Source: an uncultured Pseudomonadota bacterium (GTDB lineage Bacteria > UBA10199 > JACPAL01). From it: a DNA stretch of 37,869 nt. How positions within the stretch are numbered: position 1 is the stretch's first letter; every line of letters begins with the position of its first letter. A model generated the notes under the pieces. The model ran no database searches, had not been told where the DNA came from, and saw only the letters and a list, made by a program, of their open reading frames with translations. The stretch spans positions 1 through 37,869 of the forward strand of contig CAYWRF010000002.1 of the NCBI GenBank assembly GCA_964460495.1, written 5' to 3'. A program made the position numbers and the translations under genes. Below are positions 29,074-36,072 of the stretch, piece by piece.

Positions 29074-29223
29074 GAGGTTGTTGACAAAGTGGGTATGAAA
29101 GGATGTTGAGAAAGGTCCCAGATACGAGGCAGGCCGCTGAGGCGCGACGCAGGCGTACTTGACAGTACGTCGAGGAGCGACCGAGGCGGCCAACGAAGTA
29201 GATGGGCCTTTGTCAACATCCTG
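29074..29223. mobile_element. 150-bp MITE-like element copy, flanked by 4-bp direct repeat CTAA
   Basis: CTAA at 29070-29073 and 29224-29227; ends GAGGTTGTTGACAAAG … GGGCCTTTGTCAACATCCTG; same architecture as copies at 33890 and 35901; ends 6 bp before the mnmE ATG. Confidence 0.7.
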
Positions 29224-29229
29224 CTAAGG

Positions 29230-30588
29230 ATGAATATCAGTTGTGAGGGTACCATTGCGGCGATAGCGACGGCGCCGGGGGCTGGGGCGATCGGGGTGAT
29301 CAGGCTTTCGGGAACTAAGGCCCTCGATATCCTTAAGACTATCTGGAGGGGGAAGACCGACCCGGGGCGATTTGAGGCAGGTCGGGTCTATGTCGGTTCG
29401 GTTGTCGATCCGGTCGATAGCTCCGCCTTGGATTCTGTCCTGGTCTTCTGGATGAAGGGGCCACACTCCTATACGGGTGAGGATCTGGTTGAGATTCAGG
29501 CCCATGGTGGACGCACGATACTAGAAACCCTCCTGGAGAAACTGGTTCAGGCGGGGGCGCGTCTTGCCCACCCCGGGGAGTTTACCAGGAGGGCCTTTCT
29601 GAACGGGCGTCTCGATCTCACACAGGCAGAGGCGGTGGCCGATCTCATTGCTGCCTCGAGTCGTGAGGCGGCCCGACTGGCTGAAAGTCAACTCTCCGGT
29701 TCCCTCTCCCAATATGTCAAAAAGCTCAAGAATGATCTCACGGTGCTTCGTGCCCAAATGGAGGCGATGATCGATTTTCCTGAGGATGAGGATCTGCAGG
29801 GTCTCCATGATGATGAGATCGGGGAGAGGATCGGTCGGGTCAGGGGATCGATTGCAGGCCTTCTTGCGACTTATCGTCAGGGGCACGTCTTTCGGGACGG
29901 AGTTCGGGTGGCGATCGTCGGCAAGCCGAACGTCGGGAAATCGAGTCTCCTGAACGCCCTGTTGGGTGAGGATCGCGCGATTGTCCATCCAACCCCCGGG
30001 ACCACACGAGATCTGATCGAGGAAACGATACTGATCGATGGACTTCCCGTTCGGTTCATCGATACCGCAGGTTTAAGACAGGGGGCGGAACCGATCGAGG
30101 CGGAGGGGATTCGGAGGACGCGTGAACGTATTTCCGGGGCCGATCTGGTCCTGGCCGTCTTTGATTCCAGCCGCCCTTGGGAGGTGGAAGACGACGATCT
30201 CCTCAAGACGGTTTCCGGCAAGGAGGTCTTCCGCCTCTATAACAAGGAGGACCTTCCACCCTCGTTTGACCTGAAGATCAACGGGATTAAAATATCGGCT
30301 AAGGAAGGGACGGGGATCCGGGAACTCAAACAGGCGATCTTCTCCCATTTTGTCCGCCGCGAGACACCGGCCGAGGTTGTGTTGACCAACGTCCGACACA
30401 AGGTGGCGTTGGAGAAGGGGTTGCAAATGTTGGAAAAGGTTGCCGAGAGTGCCCATCAAAAGATCTCTCTTGAATTCCTTGCATCCGACCTCCTGATCGC
30501 CACCCATCATCTGGCCGAGATCACCGGGGAGATCACAAATGATGAGGTTTTAGGCGAGATCTTTTCCCGATTTTGCCTTGGGAAGTGA
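29230..30588 (+). CDS. mnmE: tRNA modification GTPase MnmE (TrmE)
   Basis: 452 aa; TIAAIATAPG N-terminus; G-domain GKPNVGKSSLLNAL; C-terminal CLGK. Confidence 0.95.
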   Translation: MNISCEGTIAAIATAPGAGAIGVIRLSGTKALDILKTIWRGKTDPGRFEAGRVYVGSVVDPVDSSALDSVLVFWMKGPHSYTGEDLVEIQAHGGRTILETLLEKLVQAGARLAHPGEFTRRAFLNGRLDLTQAEAVADLIAASSREAARLAESQLSGSLSQYVKKLKNDLTVLRAQMEAMIDFPEDEDLQGLHDDEIGERIGRVRGSIAGLLATYRQGHVFRDGVRVAIVGKPNVGKSSLLNALLGEDRAIVHPTPGTTRDLIEETILIDGLPVRFIDTAGLRQGAEPIEAEGIRRTRERISGADLVLAVFDSSRPWEVEDDDLLKTVSGKEVFRLYNKEDLPPSFDLKINGIKISAKEGTGIRELKQAIFSHFVRRETPAEVVLTNVRHKVALEKGLQMLEKVAESAHQKISLEFLASDLLIATHHLAEITGEITNDEVLGEIFSRFCLGK

Positions 30589-31537
30589 GGGCGGTCTTCA
30601 GCTCTCGATGCCATCTTGCCTTCTTTTGATCTCTGCTGAGCGAAGCGTGGGCCGGGCTGGTGGAGGGGAGTCTGACAAATCGAAGTTTTTTGACCCTCTC
30701 CCCTAAATTGTTTAATATCAGTTTTGTAAAAAGCTGTTCCGCCTTTTGCCCATTAAAAAAGACGGAATGGATCATCGGATGTTTGTCAAAAAAAGCTCCA
30801 AAGGGATTCGGTGTCACCTCTCGAATATTGGAATCGAGGCTCCCATTCCGGCGGCATTGGAACGCGACGTCCCAGAGGGCGATACGATTCTCTTTCAGGA
30901 CTTGAAGTCTCTTTTCATATTCCAGTTGACGGCCGGCACCGAAAAAACAGCCCATCAGACCCCAAAACGAATTGTGAGGGTGGGCATAATACTGCTCCGC
31001 CTCCAGCGATTTTTGTCCCGGCATCGAACCGAGGATCAAGATCAGGGCGTTGGACGAAGAGATATACGGAAAACCCTGCCGCAACTGGCCCCTCTTCCGG
31101 AGAAAGTCGGTAAAGACGAAGCCGTCTCTCTCGACAGTTTCACCCTGGCGGATCGGGATCTCTTTTTTGAAGATCGGTCCCCCATGCGTGAAGGTATGAA
31201 ACTCGCCATTCTCGCCGCAAGGGTCGACCTCTTGAGGGAGGTCCGCCAGGAGTGATTCATCAAAGGCCCGGCCGGAAAAATCTTTGGGGAGTTTCTTGGG
31301 GTCAATCGAGCAAATTCGGGGGATACGGATCTTCTCCAGGGGAATCCCGGCCGCCTCGGCCTGAAGATCCAGAAGTTCCTCGCGTACCCCATGCATGCTG
31401 ATTCGATGGTAATCATCGGTCACCGTTGTCAAAAGGGAGACAACCTCAAACTCCGATTTCTCGCGGAGGGTATGCAGAGTGAAGGCGCTGTCCTTTCCGC
31501 TGCTCCAGGAGAGAACGGTTTTTGTTCTTGGTGCCAT
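30533..31537 (-). CDS. fusion protein: N-terminal Dph6/MJ0570-like PP-loop ATPase domain (shortened) + C-terminal hypoxanthine-DNA glycosylase (UDG family 6)
   Basis: 334 aa; SWSSGKDS PP-loop and CGENGEFHTF (DUF71-like ends, middle about 90 aa absent); then LILGSMPGQKSLEAEQYYAHPHNSFW and LPSTSPAH (UDG-fold motifs); 56-bp convergent overlap with the mnmE 3' end. Confidence 0.65.
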   Translation of the reverse strand: MAPRTKTVLSWSSGKDSAFTLHTLREKSEFEVVSLLTTVTDDYHRISMHGVREELLDLQAEAAGIPLEKIRIPRICSIDPKKLPKDFSGRAFDESLLADLPQEVDPCGENGEFHTFTHGGPIFKKEIPIRQGETVERDGFVFTDFLRKRGQLRQGFPYISSSNALILILGSMPGQKSLEAEQYYAHPHNSFWGLMGCFFGAGRQLEYEKRLQVLKENRIALWDVAFQCRRNGSLDSNIREVTPNPFGAFFDKHPMIHSVFFNGQKAEQLFTKLILNNLGERVKKLRFVRLPSTSPAHASLSRDQKKARWHRELKTALTSQGKIGKRSRLKPHHL

Positions 31538-31554
31538 TTTTTATCCGGGTTGCT

Positions 31555-32802
31555 TTACCTACGGTGTGATCCTCTCCACTGCGAATGGCCATGTCGCTGT
31601 GGAGCGTGACCATGCCGTTGCGGCGGGTGACGCGGCACGTCCGGCTTTGGTTTTTTATAATTAAAATCAGGAAGCGTCACGCGCGGCAAGGCCTGTTTCA
31701 GCAACCGTTCAATATCCCGAATCAACGGCTCCTCCTGGCGGTCGACCAAGGTAAATGCATCCCCCGTCGCATTACCACGCGCCGTACGACCGATCCGATG
31801 GATGTACATCTCGGCCACCTCCGGGACATCCAGATTGATGACATGTGTGATCTCTTCCACATCAATCCCTCGTGCCGCAACATCCGTGGCAACCAAGATC
31901 TGGCTTCGTCCATCCCGGAAATCCTTGAGCGCCCGAAGCCGTTGATTTTGATTTCGGTTGCCATGGATCACAGAGGCCACAAAACCTCTCTTTTGCAGTT
32001 TAAGGCAGAGCCGATCGGCGTTGTGTTTGGTGCGGGTGAAAACCAACACCGATGTCATCCCTTGCCCCCGCAGGATCTCGATCAAAAGTTCTGTCTTCAG
32101 GTGGCGCGGGACCGGATAGATCGCATGCCGGATCCCGGCAGCGACAGAAGATCTTTGTCCCACTTGAACCGTTACCGGATTGACAAGGATCTTGTGCACC
32201 AGGCCTGACATCTGATTGGAGAGCGTTGCCGAAAAAACCAGGTTTTGCCTTCGAGCAGGAAGGAGCCGGATGATCTGTTGAATGGCGGGAAGAAAACCCA
32301 TGTCCAACATCTGATCCACTTCATCCAGCACAAACGTTTCTATCTCGGAAAGTTTCAGGCGGCCCGCCTCCACATGGTCGAGCAAGCGGCCGGGTGTCGC
32401 CGAAAGAATGTCGATCCCGTGCTGGATCGCCGAGATTTGCGGCTGAAATGAGACGCCGCCGAAGATCGCGGTTCCCTTTAAATGAACAAAACGGGAGAGC
32501 GCCTTGAGATGATCCATCGATTGGAGGGCCAACTCGCGCGTCGGTGCCACAATGAGTGCCCGCGGCATCTTGCGCGAGGGTGACTGCAACAGGCGATGGA
32601 GGATCGGCAAAACGAATGCCGCGGTCTTTCCGGTGCCTGTCTGGGCAAGCCCGATGACGTCCCGACCCTCGAGGATCGGTGGGATCGCCTGGGTCTGGAT
32701 CGGCGTCGGCCTTAAGAAACCTAAATGGTGGATCCCCTTTAAAAGATTGGGGTGAAGTTTGAGTGTCTCAAAACCGGCACCGTCACCTTCAGATGTTTTC
32801 AC
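31555..32802 (-). CDS. DEAD-box ATP-dependent RNA helicase (RhlE-like)
   Basis: 415 aa; Q motif, AQTGTGKT, DEVD (DEAD variant), SAT, HRIGRTAR; basic RG/His-rich tail. Confidence 0.93.
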   Translation of the reverse strand: MKTSEGDGAGFETLKLHPNLLKGIHHLGFLRPTPIQTQAIPPILEGRDVIGLAQTGTGKTAAFVLPILHRLLQSPSRKMPRALIVAPTRELALQSMDHLKALSRFVHLKGTAIFGGVSFQPQISAIQHGIDILSATPGRLLDHVEAGRLKLSEIETFVLDEVDQMLDMGFLPAIQQIIRLLPARRQNLVFSATLSNQMSGLVHKILVNPVTVQVGQRSSVAAGIRHAIYPVPRHLKTELLIEILRGQGMTSVLVFTRTKHNADRLCLKLQKRGFVASVIHGNRNQNQRLRALKDFRDGRSQILVATDVAARGIDVEEITHVINLDVPEVAEMYIHRIGRTARGNATGDAFTLVDRQEEPLIRDIERLLKQALPRVTLPDFNYKKPKPDVPRHPPQRHGHAPQRHGHSQWRGSHRR

Positions 32803-32864
32803 AAGTCTCCTGATCTCAAAGTCCCGACTGGGTACCTGAATAAAGAGGGGAGGTCAATCTTCCC

Positions 32865-33401
32865 TTATCGTAGTCTTGTGGCCTCCCCTTCCTCCTCCCA
32901 ACCGATCTTTTCCAGGAAATCATCGTAACTGCCGTTAAAAACTTCCGCCGTCCCGTGTTGGAACAGCACGAGGCGCGTAGGAATCTCCCTCAGGATCATT
33001 TCGCTGTGGGTGACAATGACGACGGCCCCCTCAAACTCCTTGATCCCTTCAATGAGTGCCTCAATCGATTGCATATCCAGATGGTTGGTCGGCTCATCGA
33101 GCAACAGGAGGTTAGGGCTGGAAACCAGGACCTTGGCCAGGTTCAGCCGGATCTGAAAGCCGCCGGAAAAGGTGGAGGGTGGCTTCGCCATATCCTCCTC
33201 GACAAAACCCAGCCCAAAGAGGATCCGCTCCACTTTGTAGTGGTCCCACTCTTCCCCTTCCGGCAGACCGAGACACCCCTCTTCCAGAACGGTCGGTTGC
33301 GTAAAATGGATGTGCTGGGCCAAATGCCCAATCCGGTAGTTACGGGGGACGGAGATCTTTAAGGATTTGAGGGCCGTAGGATTTGTAGAGATTCTGAATG
33401 C
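32865..33401 (-). pseudogene. 3' remnant of an ABC-F family ATPase gene (C-terminal part of an ABC domain only)
   Basis: Frame open from the TAA at 33402-33404. It encodes …RIGHLAQHIHFTQ… (Q-loop), FSGGFQIRLNLAKV (signature), LLLDEPTNHLD (Walker B) and VTHSE (H-loop). No Walker A and no upstream coding frame. The supplied ORF begins at an internal TTG. Confidence 0.6.
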
Positions 33402-33416
33402 TTAACATGTGATTTA

Positions 33417-33785
33417 CTACACTTCGGAGAATCGTTCGGTCAGGAAGCGGATAATATCGGCGGATTCATACATCCACTGCGCGGTGCCATCCTCCTTTTC
33501 AATTCGAAGACAGGGGACCATCGATTGTCCTCCCTGTTCGACAAGTTCCTTTTTGTATTGGGGATTGTTTTTGGCATCTCGAGTCTCAATATTGAGACCC
33601 AGCCGTTTTATTGTAAAACGAACCTTCACGCAAAAAGGACAGGCCTTGAACTGATAGAGGGTCAGTCGCGCGGTTTGTTGATCTATCTTCACCTGTTCTT
33701 CAGGAGAACGCCGAATCCCATTCGGTGAAAAAAGCACCTCGATGAGCAGGATAATTCTTCCCAAAATCCAGCGGATAATTTTCAT
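33417..33785 (-). CDS. membrane-anchored glutaredoxin-like protein (CPFC active site)
   Basis: Start at ATG 33785 (MKIIRWILGRIILLIEVLF TM segment); CPFC; GGQSMVPCL; the supplied ORF begins at an upstream GTG. Confidence 0.7.
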   Translation of the reverse strand: MKIIRWILGRIILLIEVLFSPNGIRRSPEEQVKIDQQTARLTLYQFKACPFCVKVRFTIKRLGLNIETRDAKNNPQYKKELVEQGGQSMVPCLRIEKEDGTAQWMYESADIIRFLTERFSEV

Positions 33786-33850
33786 GAGGCGAGCCCTATA
33801 TCCCGCGGATTCAGAGAAGGCAAGTGACGTCGACGTGCCTGGCACCGAGT

Positions 33851-33889
33851 ATTAGGGGACACATTAGGGGACGTTGTTCACCAAGTTAA
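33851..33889. repeat. left arm of a long imperfect palindrome: ATTAGGGGAC x2, GTTGTT, GTTAAC
   Basis: The reverse complement matches 34064-34103 (ACAACGTCCCC[T/C]AAT..GTCCCC[T/C]AAT plus GTTAAC); the two arms enclose MITE copy B. Confidence 0.6.
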
Positions 33890-34039
33890 CAGGATGTTGA
33901 CAAAGGCCCATCTGCTGCGTTGCCCGCGGCAGGCCCTCCTTGCGGCGTACAGCAAGTACGCCTCAGTCGTGCCTTTGCGGGCGCCTTGCATCTGGGCCTT
34001 TCTCAGCATCCTGGGAAAACATGGTTTGTCAACAAACTG
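33890..34039. mobile_element. 150-bp MITE-like element copy B, flanked by TTAA (GTTAAC reconstituted on both sides)
   Basis: CAGGATGTTGACAAAGGCCCATCTGC … GCATCTGGGCCTTTCTCAGCATCCTGG-gaaaacatg-GTTTGTCAACAAACTG; TTAA at 33886-33889 and 34040-34043; 146/150 identical to the reverse complement of copy C. Confidence 0.75.
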
Positions 34040-34063
34040 TTAACTTAAATAGGATTTGAGTTA

Positions 34064-34103
34064 GTTAACGTAGTAAACAACGTCCCCCAATCCGTCCCCC
34101 AAT
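34064..34103. repeat. right arm of the long palindrome (GTTAAC, ACAAC, GTCCCCCAAT x2) in the bcp 3' region
   Basis: See 33851-33889. Confidence 0.6.
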
Positions 34104-34106
34104 CCC

Positions 34107-34556
34107 CTAAAGTTCCCGCAGCAGCTTGAGCGATTCTTCGACGTGGCGGGCAGGGTTCCACTGGGAGGAAAAGGAGTTCCGGACCACCCCGTTCCGGTCG
34201 ATCACCAGGGTCACCCGGCCCGGGAGCAGACCCCAGGTTTTTGGAATCCGATAAAGTTGCCGGATCTTGCCCTGCTGGTCGCTCAGCAGGAGAAAAGGCA
34301 ACCGGTGTCGCCCCGCGAATTTTTTGTGGGTTTCGGGGGGATCAGAACTGATGCCGATCACCTCGACCCCCGCCTTTTGAAACTGTTCATAATGATCTCG
34401 AAACGTGCAAGCCTCTTTGATGCAGCCGGGGGTCTCGTCCCTGGGGTAGAAGAAAATCACCACCGGGCGCTTCCCTTTGAAATTGGAAAGTCGCGTCAAC
34501 TTGCCATCAGCCGATGGTAGTTCAAAATCAGGCGCCTGGTCTCCCTTCTGGATCAT
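34107..34556 (-). CDS. bcp: thiol peroxidase Bcp/PrxQ (peroxiredoxin)
   Basis: 149 aa; PVVIFFYPRDETPGC (peroxidatic Cys context); thioredoxin fold. Confidence 0.9.
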   Translation of the reverse strand: MIQKGDQAPDFELPSADGKLTRLSNFKGKRPVVIFFYPRDETPGCIKEACTFRDHYEQFQKAGVEVIGISSDPPETHKKFAGRHRLPFLLLSDQQGKIRQLYRIPKTWGLLPGRVTLVIDRNGVVRNSFSSQWNPARHVEESLKLLREL

Positions 34557-34580
34557 TTTAACGGGTGGATCGCTGCCCCA

Positions 34581-34596
34581 TTCGACTTACGTCGAA
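34581..34596. promoter_or_regulatory. 16-bp palindrome TTCGAC-ttac-GTCGAA in the bcp / zinc-ribbon divergent region
   Basis: 25-40 bp upstream of the bcp ATG; candidate operator. Confidence 0.3.
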
Positions 34597-34745
34597 TGCG
34601 GACCCCATCCCCCCGTACCCCTTTCGTTCGGACCGGCGAAGCCGGTTCCTCACTCACATGGCAACCCCACTTAAATCACTTGGCACCGATTTTCACTACC
34701 TTTTTGTCTTGATTCTTTTTCACGGGACACGCAGCATGCCGAGCC

Positions 34746-35000
34746 GTGAAGCTGCTATTGATCCTCCTGATTCTTTACGTTTTCTACCGGCTCTTTCTCC
34801 GGTTTCTGCCGGGGTTGATTCGTCTTGGGATGAAAGGGGTCCTAAAAAAGGGGGGTGAGTCACGGCAGGGGGAGGCACACGATATGGCCCCCTGTTCCCG
34901 TTGTGGAACCTACATGAGCCGGGACCTCGCGCTTGCCCAGTCGGGGGAATACTACTGTAGCGAGAAATGTCGGAATGAGGGCTCGACAATCGCCCCCTAA
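34746..35000 (+). CDS. small membrane protein with C-terminal zinc-ribbon (CxxC…C…C), PP0621-like
   Basis: 84 aa; GTG start; TM helix KLLLILLILYVFYRLFLRF; CSRCGTYMSRDLALAQSGEYYCSEKC; SD AAGGAG lies downstream before the SPFH gene, so the two likely form an operon. Confidence 0.5.
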   Translation: MKLLLILLILYVFYRLFLRFLPGLIRLGMKGVLKKGGESRQGEAHDMAPCSRCGTYMSRDLALAQSGEYYCSEKCRNEGSTIAP

Positions 35001-35048
35001 AGGCTGTAGGACACGCTCGGTCTTCAAACAAACCAAAAGGAGAACGCT

Positions 35049-35900
35049 ATGAATGGAAATGGCGAAATCATCGATTTGCAGAATGCAATGAAGAAACTGA
35101 TTCCAAAGGGAAACAAGAAGCTTCTCATCCTGGCGGCCATCCTGGGCCTCTTGATAATACCCAAGTCGATCACCGTGATTCCGGCAGGGCATGTCGGGCT
35201 CAAGGATTTCTTTGGCAGGGTATCGGATGAGACGCTCCCGGCCGGATTGCACCTCGTCAACCCGTTGCTCAGAATTCATAAGATGACGATTCGAACGCAA
35301 GAACTCACGGAAGAGGCGAACGTTCCCTCTAAAGAGGGTTTGAGCGTGCATCTGGATATCTCGCTCTTGTTCAGCCTGAATCCCGATAAGGCGGCGCAGG
35401 TTTATAAGACGATCGGCCCCGACTACATTCGTGTGGTGGTTGTGCCACAGCTTCGGTCGATTGTACGGGGGGTCACCGCCAGCTACGAGGCCAAGGCGCT
35501 CTATACGGCGGAACGGGAGGCGATTTCCACCGAGATGTTTTCGCACCTGCAGGCACCCCTGCTGGAGCGTGGGATGACGGTGGAAAAGGTGCTGTTGAGG
35601 AGCGCCACCCTGCCGGTCATTCTCGCCACGGCGATCGAGAAAAAGCTGGAGGCGGAACAGCAGTCGGAGCAGATGAAGTTCGTCCTGAATAAAGAGACCC
35701 AAGAGGCGCAGCGGAAGAGGATTGAGGCGCAGGGGGTCGCCGATTTCCAGAAGATTGTGACGGCGGGACTCAACGATGCATTCCTCCGCTGGAAGGGGAT
35801 CGAGGCGACCGCCAAGCTGGCCGACAGCCAGAATAGCAAGGTAGTCGTGATCGGCAGCGGCAAGGATGGATTGCCGATCATCCTGGGGGGAAATCCCTAG
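35049..35900 (+). CDS. SPFH/band-7 (prohibitin/HflC-like) membrane protein
   Basis: 283 aa; N-terminal TM then SPFH domain; coiled-coil C-terminal part; SD AAGGAG. Confidence 0.85.
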   Translation: MNGNGEIIDLQNAMKKLIPKGNKKLLILAAILGLLIIPKSITVIPAGHVGLKDFFGRVSDETLPAGLHLVNPLLRIHKMTIRTQELTEEANVPSKEGLSVHLDISLLFSLNPDKAAQVYKTIGPDYIRVVVVPQLRSIVRGVTASYEAKALYTAEREAISTEMFSHLQAPLLERGMTVEKVLLRSATLPVILATAIEKKLEAEQQSEQMKFVLNKETQEAQRKRIEAQGVADFQKIVTAGLNDAFLRWKGIEATAKLADSQNSKVVVIGSGKDGLPIILGGNP

Positions 35901-36050
35901 CAGTTTGTTGACAAACCATGTTTTCCCAGGATGTTGAGAAAGGCCCAGATGCAAGGCGCCCGCAAAGGCACGACTGAGGCGTACTTGCTGTACGCCGCAA
36001 GGAGGGCCTGCCGCGGGCAACGCAGCAGATGAGCCTTTGTCGGCATCCTG
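35901..36050. mobile_element. 150-bp MITE-like element copy C, flanked by CTAG
   Basis: CAGTTTGTTGACAAAC-catgttttcc-CAGGATGTTGAGAAAGGCCCAGATGC … GCAGATGAGCCTTTGTCGGCATCCTG; CTAG at 35897-35900 (contains the SPFH stop TAG) and 36051-36054. Confidence 0.75.
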
Positions 36051-36072
36051 CTAGAAACCGAGGGGTACCTTG

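Noticed and set aside
33838-33853. TGGCAC-cgagt-ATTAG near the grx start
   Set aside because: No TTGC at -12 and oriented away from grx.
34682-34697. TGGCAC-N5-TTCAC as a fourth sigma54 promoter
   Set aside because: The -12 element lacks the conserved GC dinucleotide; kept only as a weak note.
34860-36020. 386-aa minus-strand ORF spanning the SPFH gene, the zinc-ribbon gene and MITE copy C
   Set aside because: Antisense to the well-supported SPFH gene and runs across a repeat element. It has the Arg/Pro/Gly-rich composition typical of out-of-frame ORFs in GC-rich DNA.
33890-36050. B/C inverted repeats plus cargo as a composite transposon
   Set aside because: Each copy carries its own, different 4-bp target duplication (TTAA vs CTAG) and the outer flanks do not match. 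No transposase in between. These are independent MITE insertions.
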